From a virus (taxonomy: Duplodnaviria > Caudoviricetes), in IMG/VR virus record IMGVR_UViG_3300037756_000013, positions 1-30,307 of that record: a stretch of 30,307 bases of DNA, one strand, 5' to 3'. The translations under genes were made by a program, and so were the position numbers. A model generated the notes under the pieces. That model searched no databases. It was not told where the DNA came from and was given only the letters and a program-made list of their open reading frames with translations. Every line of letters starts with the position of its first letter. Position 1 is the stretch's first letter. This document shows positions 18,348 through 25,319 of the stretch, one piece after another.

Positions 18348-18718
18348 CCACAGGCCTTGCTGTCGGCATCGTCAACAACTGGCTGGACACCGACTACGCC
18401 ACGGCGAGCCTCTTCGTCAAGCTGGGCGTCGGCGACCCGGGCGCGGCCGGCGCGTCGAACGCGGCTGCCGGGGACACGACTCGCAAGCAGGCGACGATGG
18501 CCGCGGCTTCCGCTGGCTCCAAGGCCATGACGGCCATCGAGGAGGCGTGGACGAACGTCACCACCACCGAGACGCTCACCCACATCTCACTCTGGTCAGC
18601 AGCAGCTGCGGGCACCTTCAAGGGATCCGCCGCGCTCACCGACTCGCAAGCGTGGGTGGACACGAACACCTTCACCCTGACCTCGCTGTCCATCGCCATC
18701 ACGCCGATCGCGGCCTAG
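18344..18718 (+). CDS. Fibre/appendage-associated structural protein (putative)
   Basis: RBS AAGGAG; VKL..GDPGAAG, ETLTHISLWSAAAAGTF and NTFTLTSL motifs, recalled from small virion fibre-associated proteins. Confidence 0.6.
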   Translation: MTTGLAVGIVNNWLDTDYATASLFVKLGVGDPGAAGASNAAAGDTTRKQATMAAASAGSKAMTAIEEAWTNVTTTETLTHISLWSAAAAGTFKGSAALTDSQAWVDTNTFTLTSLSIAITPIAA

Positions 18719-18727
18719 GGTCGGACG

Positions 18728-19033
18728 ATGGCCGAGCGGGATCAGCTGGTCTCGCAGGCCTCCGACGCCACCGGGGTCTTTCAGGTCATCGCCGTCGTGG
18801 AGGACACGCAGTCCACCACGGACCCGCGCGGCAGGTCGTCACCGACCGTGGTGCGGGTGCGGCTGGTCAACACCTCCACGCGTCGCGGCTCGTGCCGCTG
18901 GCAGGCTCCGAACGGCGCGTGGAGTGACGTCGCGGTCCTGCCCGGGGAGAACGCCGAGACGAACGTCTCCCCTCCTCGGCGCGAGTTCCTGTACCTGTGG
19001 GGCGAAGCGATGAATGCTGACTGGGGGGCCTGA
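18728..19033 (+). CDS. Hypothetical protein (101 aa)
   Basis: In-operon ORF coupled to the next gene by TGATG; beta-rich. Confidence 0.6.
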   Translation: MAERDQLVSQASDATGVFQVIAVVEDTQSTTDPRGRSSPTVVRVRLVNTSTRRGSCRWQAPNGAWSDVAVLPGENAETNVSPPRREFLYLWGEAMNADWGA

Positions 19034-20532
19034 TGGCTATCAGCATCGTCGGCACCCCGACCACCGGATCCGGGTCCGGCGGGACGTCCAAGTCGGTCAA
19101 CAAGCCCACCGGGACCGCCGAGAACGACCTGATGCTCGTCTGCCAAGCCGTCGACTGGGGCTCCTATGCGGCATTGGTCGCCCCCGCCGGGTGGACGTTG
19201 GTCACCGGGCACGACGAGGGCGGCAATCAGGGCGGTCACCGGAAGATCTATCAGAAGATCGCCGGGGCATCCGAGGGGACCTCCTACACCTTCGAGCACG
19301 GCAACGGCGCGGACTGCACGCTGTCGTGCATCACCCTGCGCGACGCGGAGGGCACCCCGACCCTCGTGTCGGCCTTGGACAACAGCACCACCGACACCGC
19401 CCCGTCCGTGACGCCGACCACCGCGGACGACTTCCTGATCTGCTGGGCGACCGGGGACCAGAACAACAACACCCGCACCTACACCCCGCCGACCGGGATG
19501 ACCGAGCAGGCCGACGTCACCACGTCGTACAACTCTCAGTCGATGGCGACCGTCCTGCTGACGTCGGGGTCTGCGACCGGGACCAAGGACTTCGGTGCGA
19601 CCGGGGCCGTCATATCCACGCAGCAGACACAGTTCACGGTCGCCGTCGCCGCTCCGGGTGGCGGGCCCACCAACTACAACGGCACCGCTTCGGCAGCGAG
19701 CACAGCCGCCGTGACCTCTGCGGGAGTCGTCGGCAAGGTTGCCACGGCGGCGCTGGCTGCAACGGTCGTCATCGCCGCCTCGGGCTTCGTCGGCACCTCG
19801 ACCGGGGCCGCGCTCACGGAGACCGCCACCGTCGCCGCAGCGGGGGCCGTGGGCACATCCTCGAGTGCTTCCCTGGCTGCGACGGCGACCGTCACGGCCG
19901 CTGGCACCGTCACCGCAGGGGGCAGTTCGGGCGCAACGCTGGCCGCCACCGACACGATCACCTCCGCCGGCCACGTCGGCACATCGAGCGGCGCGAGCCT
20001 CGCGGAGACCGCCGCCCTCACTGCCACCGGTGTCGTCGGCACGGCCACCGGTGCCTCCCTGGCAGCGACCGCCACTGTCACAGCCGCAGGAACCGTGACA
20101 TCCGGGCTGTCCTCGGGCGCACCACTCGCTGCCACGGCCACGCTGACCTCTGCTGGCGTCGTCGACACGTCCACCGGTGCGAGCATCGCCGCGACCGGGA
20201 CTGTCACCGCCGCCGGTACCGTGGACGCAGGCATTGCATCCGGCGCGTCCATCGCAGCCACAGCCACGGTCGCGTCGGCCGGTCGGGTAGCCACATCCTC
20301 CCTGGCCTCGATCATCGCCACTGCGCAGATGCTCGCGGCCGGCTCTGTGGCCAGCAGTGGCGGCAGCGCACTCGCGGCAACGGTCGCCATCACGGCTGCC
20401 GGAACTGTCGGTGGCACGGTTACGGGCGTCGTCCGCTACACCGTCCCCGCAGATTCCTACGTCACCACCGTCGCGGCCGACACCTACACCTACCTCGTCC
20501 CCGCAGATTCCTACGTCACGGAGGTCACATGA
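19033..20532 (+). CDS. Fibre-like protein: globular N-terminal domain plus Ala/Thr/Gly repeat stalk
   Basis: N-terminal ~205 aa (KPTGTAENDLM, APAGWT, TAPSVT, TPPTGMTE), then about a dozen ~22-aa GASLAATATVTAAGTV-like repeats and 9-aa VPADSYVT repeats. Confidence 0.7.
   Translation: MAISIVGTPTTGSGSGGTSKSVNKPTGTAENDLMLVCQAVDWGSYAALVAPAGWTLVTGHDEGGNQGGHRKIYQKIAGASEGTSYTFEHGNGADCTLSCITLRDAEGTPTLVSALDNSTTDTAPSVTPTTADDFLICWATGDQNNNTRTYTPPTGMTEQADVTTSYNSQSMATVLLTSGSATGTKDFGATGAVISTQQTQFTVAVAAPGGGPTNYNGTASAASTAAVTSAGVVGKVATAALAATVVIAASGFVGTSTGAALTETATVAAAGAVGTSSSASLAATATVTAAGTVTAGGSSGATLAATDTITSAGHVGTSSGASLAETAALTATGVVGTATGASLAATATVTAAGTVTSGLSSGAPLAATATLTSAGVVDTSTGASIAATGTVTAAGTVDAGIASGASIAATATVASAGRVATSSLASIIATAQMLAAGSVASSGGSALAATVAITAAGTVGGTVTGVVRYTVPADSYVTTVAADTYTYLVPADSYVTEVT
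20442..20519 (+). repeat. 24-bp exact direct repeat in the fibre C-terminus
   Basis: CGTCCCCGCAGATTCCTACGTCAC at 20442-20465 and 20496-20519. Confidence 0.9.
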
Positions 20533-20810
20533 GCGGCAGCGATTACCTGCGAGACCCGGCGGACGTGCTCCCCATCGGCAACGACTGGTCGACCTGGCTC
20601 GAGGACGGCGAGACCATCACCGCCTCGACCTGGACCGTGCCCGCCGGGATCACGGAGACCACCCCGGCGTCGTCGTTCACCGACACCACCACCACGGTCT
20701 GGCTCACCGGCGGCACGCTGGACACGTCCTACTCGGTGGTCAACCACATCACGACGGATCAGGGCAAGGAGCGAGACCAGACACTCACGGTGCGAGTCCG
20801 CAACCGCTAG
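20529..20810 (+). CDS. Fibre-tail adaptor-like protein (93 aa)
   Basis: RDPADVL..DWSTWLEDGETITASTW, TVWLTGGT, Y.VVNHITT.QG...DQTL motifs; ATGA coupling. Confidence 0.7.
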   Translation: MSGSDYLRDPADVLPIGNDWSTWLEDGETITASTWTVPAGITETTPASSFTDTTTTVWLTGGTLDTSYSVVNHITTDQGKERDQTLTVRVRNR

Positions 20811-20829
20811 CGCCCCCAGCAGCACGTAG

Positions 20830-20871
20830 AGACGCCCCGCTTCCCTCAAAAAACGGGAGGCGGGGCGTTTT
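20830..20871 (+). terminator. Intrinsic terminator ending the late operon, between convergent genes
   Basis: AGACGCCCCGCTTCCC / GGGAGGCGGGGCGTTT stem ending in TTTT. Confidence 0.85.
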
Positions 20872-20880
20872 GGCGTTCCG

Positions 20881-21168
20881 TCAGCGCTCGCCGAACCGCT
20901 TCATCAGCAGCCTGTGCGCCTGCTCGTGGCTGACGAACCTGAGGATCACCTTGTAGTTGGCGTCCGGACCCTGCTGCCAGCGGATGAAGGACTGCCGACC
21001 CATGTCGCTCGACCTGCCCATGTGCTTCGCGTCCCAGACGCAGTTCATGGTGGCGCTCGTGAGGCACGGCTTCCACGTCCTGGGCTGCGCGGCCTGTGCG
21101 GTCGACGGGACCGCGGCGAGGGCCAGTGCGGTGATGATCATGATCATCATGCGGGCGATGGTGGTCAT
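20881..21168 (-). CDS. Secreted protein with signal peptide (95 aa)
   Basis: MTTIAR, hydrophobic core, AQA cleavage site, then PC.....NCVWDA..MG....QSF; RBS AGGGGGA. Confidence 0.8.
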   Translation of the reverse strand: MTTIARMMIMIITALALAAVPSTAQAAQPRTWKPCLTSATMNCVWDAKHMGRSSDMGRQSFIRWQQGPDANYKVILRFVSHEQAHRLLMKRFGER

Positions 21169-21198
21169 TGGGTTCCCCCTGGTGGTTGGTGTGCTGCG

Positions 21199-21237
21199 AG
21201 CGTAGCGCATGTCGATACGTTCGTCTATACTCTAGCC
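21199..21237. promoter_or_regulatory. Overlapping divergent promoters
   Basis: Plus: TAGCGC (21203-08), 17 nt, TATACT (21226-31), 6 nt, ATG 21238. Minus: TAGACG (21227-22), 17 nt, TACGCT (21204-21199). Confidence 0.65.
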
Positions 21238-21375
21238 ATGCGCAAAAAGCCGATGGTGCAGCGAATGCTGCGAGTGCCCGAAGACCTGTGGGACCGCGCC
21301 AAGGTGCGGGCTGACGAGAAGGGCGAGACGGTCAGCGAGGCCGTCCGCAAATTCCTAGAGAGGTACGCGCGATGA
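21238..21375 (+). CDS. Ribbon-helix-helix DNA-binding protein (45 aa)
   Basis: RMLRVPEDLWDRAKVRADEKGETVSEAVRKFLERY, a typical RHH pattern. Confidence 0.9.
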   Translation: MRKKPMVQRMLRVPEDLWDRAKVRADEKGETVSEAVRKFLERYAR

Positions 21376-21665
21376 GCATCACTCTCACCAACACGGCGAC
21401 GCTCGCCGCCCACGAGGCAGGCACCTGCAACCTCTTCGCGACGTCGTGCGCCTACTGCGGATGGGCGGCCACGTCCGCGCGACCTGCGCCGGACGCTCGC
21501 TGGTCCAGGCGGGGCGGTTCACCACGGCCGCAGCCACCCCGACTTCCGCGAGGAGTGGCGGGCGTGAGCGGCTCTCGCGGAGCACATGGCTCACCAGATG
21601 GCTACATTGGTCCTAGTGATCCCGTGCCCCCGGCGGGATTCGAACCCGCACTGTTTCGCTTTTAA
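21372..21665 (+). CDS. Hypothetical protein; C-terminal half doubtful
   Basis: ATGA-coupled to the RHH gene, with an H..G.C....C..C cluster at the N-terminus; the rest runs through attP arm sites and the antisense tRNA fragment. Confidence 0.35.
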   Translation: MSITLTNTATLAAHEAGTCNLFATSCAYCGWAATSARPAPDARWSRRGGSPRPQPPRLPRGVAGVSGSRGAHGSPDGYIGPSDPVPPAGFEPALFRF

Positions 21666-21773
21666 GGCGTATACTTAGGACCGTGGATCACCCCGAAACC
21701 CCCGTATTGACAGGGTTTTCCGATGGTTGTCGGTGGCCTACGATGGCTACAGATTGCTACACACATTGCTACG
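21586..21773. other. attP: attP region: common core plus five arm-type integrase-binding repeats
   Basis: ATGGCTCAC 21586, ATGGCTACA 21598, core, ATGGCTACA 21743, ATTGCTACA 21753, ATTGCTACG 21765. Confidence 0.85.
21624..21666 (-). other. attP core equal to the 3' half of tRNA-Leu(TAA); not a full tRNA gene
   Basis: Minus strand: CTTAAAA loop, GCGAA, ACAGT, GCGGG TTCGAAT CCCGC, CGGGGGCAC; no D-arm or 5' acceptor strand. Confidence 0.9.
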
Positions 21774-21792
21774 ACAAGCTCAAGGAGACTCG

Positions 21793-22224
21793 ATGACCGC
21801 CACGACGCTCACCCTGACCGAGTGGGAGTCCATCACCCACCTGCTGGAAACCCGGAAGATGCGGACCCTGGTGCACGATCACGGCGACTACTGCGACGAG
21901 GACTGCGAGGAGGGCGGCCTTCTTCAGGACGCCATCAACTCGATTCTCGCCGACCGCATCGCGGCCGTCCCGACCGTGGCCGACGTGACCATCCACCTGA
22001 TGAAGCAGCACGAGGCCGAGAAGAAGGCCGACGACCTGCGCGACCAACCTCGGGCGACTACTCCCCGCGCAACCCGAGCGGCGCCCACTTCGGGACGACT
22101 CCATCGCGTGGATGTACGGCTCGGGGCCCTGCTCGCCCGTGAGGTCGACGCGGAGCCGTGTCCCTACTGTCGGGCGCCCCACCCAACGCCATGCTCGACT
22201 GGTTGCGCCGGGGGCTCCGAGTGA
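21793..22224 (+). CDS. Hypothetical protein with Cys/His clusters
   Basis: RBS AAGGAG; HDHGDYCDEDC and CPYC..H..PC..C. Confidence 0.7.
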   Translation: MTATTLTLTEWESITHLLETRKMRTLVHDHGDYCDEDCEEGGLLQDAINSILADRIAAVPTVADVTIHLMKQHEAEKKADDLRDQPRATTPRATRAAPTSGRLHRVDVRLGALLAREVDAEPCPYCRAPHPTPCSTGCAGGSE

Positions 22225-22745
22225 ATGACATCGAGGGAGCCGGGATCGTGAGCGGCTACCAGATCACCACGGCAGACATGCGGCGCAAGATGGTCACCGG
22301 CCCGATCTTTGGGGCCGACCGCCAACGCATCGATCATCTAGAGCAGCAGTTGGCGGACCTCCGCGCACGCATTGTCGAGACGCAGCGAACCCGTCGCGAG
22401 GCACTAGCCCTGTACGCCCCAGCGCGCAATGTGGCACTAGAAGCCCACATGGACGCGATCGACCGCGCTCTCCTCGGCGACCCCCCCGTGGTCATCGACC
22501 CCGAGGCCCGGGACCTCCGCGACCAACTTGTCGTCCTGACCGACGACCGTGACCGCTGGAAGGCGGTCGCTCACGAGACGGCCCTCCAGTACGTCGATGT
22601 GCAGATCGAAACCCGCGACCTGCGCGAGAGCATCTTGGATGCGTGTGAAGACGCAGAGCAACCAACCCGGATGACGATCCTCGGTGCGGTCGTCAGCACG
22701 AAACGCCTCCGTTCATTCCTTGACCAAGAAAAGGACGAGTCATGA
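22221..22745 (+). CDS. Hypothetical coiled-coil protein
   Basis: GTGA and ATGA overlaps; heptad-like RIDHLEQQLADLRARI. Confidence 0.7.
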   Translation: MNDIEGAGIVSGYQITTADMRRKMVTGPIFGADRQRIDHLEQQLADLRARIVETQRTRREALALYAPARNVALEAHMDAIDRALLGDPPVVIDPEARDLRDQLVVLTDDRDRWKAVAHETALQYVDVQIETRDLRESILDACEDAEQPTRMTILGAVVSTKRLRSFLDQEKDES

Positions 22746-23071
22746 CCAACGCCCAGCGCGAAGACTGGCCCGCCTGCGCCACCTATCCAAACCTCGGATG
22801 TGCATGCCGGGGTGCGCTGTTCGGCCTGTCCGGCAACCGCAGCAAAGCCACCTGCACGCGCAAGCGCACGGGTGACCTGACGCCTATCGCACGCTACGGC
22901 GAGGGCGCTCCCGCCAAGACTGAGACCGGCTGCACCGAGCCGACGTGCCGCCGCTGCGGGGGTGGCGCTGTCTGGTGCGGGGAGTGCGGACTGCACGGCC
23001 TGTATCTGACGCATGATTGTGAGCGAGTTCAAGCTGACATCGCGGGCATCCGCATCGAGGAGGGCCGATGA
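22742..23071 (+). CDS. Cys-rich hypothetical protein (possible zinc finger)
   Basis: ATGA overlaps; CTEPTCRRC, CGECG, HDC. Confidence 0.65.
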   Translation: MTNAQREDWPACATYPNLGCACRGALFGLSGNRSKATCTRKRTGDLTPIARYGEGAPAKTETGCTEPTCRRCGGGAVWCGECGLHGLYLTHDCERVQADIAGIRIEEGR

Positions 23072-23220
23072 GCGAGGACCCGCACGCCAAGTGCGGCGAC
23101 ACCTTCGGGTGGTGCTCGCTCTGCCGCCCAGGCGGCCGCGAAGAGTGCGACTGCGACTTCTGGCACAGCAAGCACCGCTGGCACTGCGCCACTACGATTC
23201 AGCTCGGGGCAAAGGTATGA
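23068..23220 (+). CDS. Cys/His-rich 50-aa protein, absent from the ORF track
   Basis: MSEDPHAKCGDTFGWCSLCRPGGREECDCDFWHSKHRWHCATTIQLGAKV*; RBS GAGGAGGG and ATGA overlap. Confidence 0.65.
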   Translation: MSEDPHAKCGDTFGWCSLCRPGGREECDCDFWHSKHRWHCATTIQLGAKV

Positions 23221-23227
23221 CCACCCC

Positions 23228-24445
23228 GTGAGCCGCAAGGACTACGGCTCCGGCTCCGTCTACCAAGCCCACCGCGCCGACTGCCCGAGGCCCGGCAAGT
23301 GCTCCTGTCCCTGGCGCGGAGCCACACAGGCAGGCTTCACCCGCACCGGGGCCCGGCGTCGCGTCACCGTGTCCGGTCGCACCGAGGCCGAGGCTAAGCG
23401 CAGGCTGCGCGACAAGGTCGCCGACATCAAGGCGGGCAACGTGTCGATGTCGCCGACCACCACGGTCAAGGCGTGGGCCGACACGTGGCTGCCGATCAAG
23501 CGAGCCGAACTCTCACCCAACGGCTACAACGCGCTGGCCTCCCCGGTGCGCCGCTGGGTCATCCCCGCCATCGGACACCGCCGCCTCGCCTCGCTCACCC
23601 CGGCCGACGTGCGCGCCGTCGAGCAGGCGCAACGCGACGCGGGCCGCAAGGGGACGACGTGCGCCGCCACCCAGCGGGCCCTGTTCAACCTGCTCCGGTC
23701 CGCGATGGCCGAGGGTCACGCCGTACCGCAACGCGTCCTGCTCACCCCGACCCCGAAGACGAAGACGAGCGACCGCCAGCCCCTCACCATCCCCGAGTCG
23801 CTCGCCGTCCTCGCGCAAGCCTCCGAACTCCCGCACGGCACCCGCTGGGCCGTCGCGCTGCTGAACGGGATGCGGCAGGGCGAGTGCCTGGGGCTGACGT
23901 GGGGACAGGTCGACCTCGACAACCTCGTGCTCACCGTCGAGTGGCAGCTCCAGCGGCTCGTCTACCTCGACCGCAAGAACCCCGGCCGAGGCTTCCGTGT
24001 CCCCCACGAGCACGAGTCGCGCCACCTCTACAAGTCGTGGCACCTCGTCAAGCCGAAGTCCAAGGCGGGCGCGAGGGTCTACCCGATCCTGCCGCCCATC
24101 GCGGAGGCGCTGGCACGGTGGCGCGAGGTCGCGCCGGCCAACCCCTACGGCCTCGTGTGGCCCGAGCCGGACGGCAAGCCGCGCTGGGACACCCGCGACC
24201 GCGACGAGTGGCAGGCGCTCCAGCAGGCCGCGGGCGTCGCGCACCCGTCAGGCAGGCCGTACCACGTGCACGAGTGCCGCAACGTCACCGCGACCGAGCT
24301 GCGATCGACCGGCGCCGATGACCTCACCATCACGTCCCTGCTCGGCCACACGTCGATCGGCACCAGTCAGGGCTACATGCGCATCAGCGACGACGCCAAG
24401 CGTGAGGCGCTCGAGCGGGTGGCTCGGCTGCTGGAGCTCGGCTAG
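23228..24445 (+). CDS. int: Tyrosine integrase
   Basis: Catalytic R (GMRQGE), K (PKSKAG), HxxR (HECR), H (LLGH), Y (SQGY); N-terminal YGSGSVY arm-binding domain. Confidence 0.96.
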   Translation: MSRKDYGSGSVYQAHRADCPRPGKCSCPWRGATQAGFTRTGARRRVTVSGRTEAEAKRRLRDKVADIKAGNVSMSPTTTVKAWADTWLPIKRAELSPNGYNALASPVRRWVIPAIGHRRLASLTPADVRAVEQAQRDAGRKGTTCAATQRALFNLLRSAMAEGHAVPQRVLLTPTPKTKTSDRQPLTIPESLAVLAQASELPHGTRWAVALLNGMRQGECLGLTWGQVDLDNLVLTVEWQLQRLVYLDRKNPGRGFRVPHEHESRHLYKSWHLVKPKSKAGARVYPILPPIAEALARWREVAPANPYGLVWPEPDGKPRWDTRDRDEWQALQQAAGVAHPSGRPYHVHECRNVTATELRSTGADDLTITSLLGHTSIGTSQGYMRISDDAKREALERVARLLELG

Positions 24446-24567
24446 CGCGGCATGAGTGGACAGGCGCGGCCGGTGATGCATGGGCACGGCGCTCCCGTTG
24501 CGCTTTCCACGGTCTCGCGGACCTTGCCGCCGTGCTCTATTCCGAACAGCACTTGACACCCAAGCAT
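24442..24567 (-). CDS. 41-aa Cys-rich protein downstream of the repressor
   Basis: RBS AAGGGAG before ATG 24567; MLGC...CPCITGRACPLMPR; stop shares CTAG with int. Confidence 0.55.
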   Translation of the reverse strand: MLGCQVLFGIEHGGKVRETVESATGAPCPCITGRACPLMPR

Positions 24568-24619
24568 CGATGCTCCCTTGATCGACCGCCAGCCCATCCA
24601 CACACGGGGGGTTGTGCGG

Positions 24620-24973
24620 TCATTCGTGTCTACCACCCCTGTCGAGGGCCTGCTGCATAACGTCGGAAAACCATGCGATCTGCTCGCTAGGCGAGAGGGT
24701 CATCAGGTAGGCGCCGACGATGTCGGTGATCCTCCGGACGTCCTCCGTCCAGTCGTTGCGCTCGCCCTCGGGACTGCCCTCGATCTCCAGCGTGCGGCTC
24801 AGCTTGAGTCTGGTGTCTCGCTGGACGGTCGCATGCTTGTCGCCCTCGACGTCCTGAATCGTCCTCTTCGGCACGCCCGAGATGTCCGATAGCTGATCCT
24901 GTGTCCAGCCGCGCTCCTTGCGCAGTCGCCGGACCTGCTGTCCGTATGTCTCGTTCATCGCTGCCTCGCTCAT
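24620..24973 (-). CDS. Immunity repressor (XRE HTH)
   Basis: GQQVRRLRKERGWTQDQLSDISGVPKRTIQDVEG; divergent from the Cro-like gene. Start uncertain (24973, 24958 or 25000). Confidence 0.88.
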   Translation of the reverse strand: MSEAAMNETYGQQVRRLRKERGWTQDQLSDISGVPKRTIQDVEGDKHATVQRDTRLKLSRTLEIEGSPEGERNDWTEDVRRITDIVGAYLMTLSPSEQIAWFSDVMQQALDRGGRHE

Positions 24974-25004
24974 TGCCGTTCCCCCGGTCTGGTGGTGCAC
25001 ATCA

Positions 25005-25127
25005 TTGCGCCTTTCGCGCCCCGAGGTTGGGAGTTTAACCACCTTCAATCACTTTCCGGTATCAGCAAAATTACGTAAATCTGCGCATCCCTTGCGCCTT
25101 CCGCGCCTTCCGTGCTTTAGTTGCGTC
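25005..25127. promoter_or_regulatory. Switch region: operator-like direct repeats and early rightward promoter
   Basis: TTGCGCCTTyCGCGCC at 25005-20 and 25092-107; imperfect palindrome 25065-84; TTGCGC, 18 nt, TTTAGT, 6 nt, ATG 25128. Confidence 0.65.
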
Positions 25128-25319
25128 ATGCACCACGCCGGGAAGATCATCCAGATGGCACGGAAGGCGCAGAACCTCAGCCTCCGTGACCTCGCCGCTC
25201 TGAGCGAGGTAGACCACACGACCATCTCGCGTATCGAGCGGGGCGTCATCGACGGCTCGCCTCGGACGCTCAAGGCCTTGACCGAGGCTCTCGGTCGCGC
25301 ACTCGGAGGTGCCGCATGA
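25128..25319 (+). CDS. Cro-like XRE HTH protein
   Basis: IIQMARKAQNLSLRDLAALSEVDHTTISRIERG; first gene of the rightward early operon. Confidence 0.88.
   Translation: MHHAGKIIQMARKAQNLSLRDLAALSEVDHTTISRIERGVIDGSPRTLKALTEALGRALGGAA

Noticed and set aside
1726-20810. Long N-terminal extensions in the ORF track (1726, 5826, 8920, 15659, 16743, 18134, 19014)
   Set aside because: They overlap upstream genes with low-complexity Arg/Pro-rich sequence; downstream starts with RBS or stop-start overlaps fit better.
21624-21700. Functional tRNA gene
   Set aside because: Only the anticodon loop to acceptor 3' strand is present; there is no D-arm or 5' acceptor strand, so it is an attP core.
21707-21744. 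SigA promoter TTGACA...TACGAT for the attP-int operon
   Set aside because: The spacer is 26 nt and no -10 lies at 16-19 nt, so it cannot be supported as a standard promoter.
21372-24973. Integration-dependent immunity (attP inside the repressor gene)
   Set aside because: attP is ~3 kb from the repressor; the only ORF reaching the core stops within the shared loop, so integration would not truncate it.
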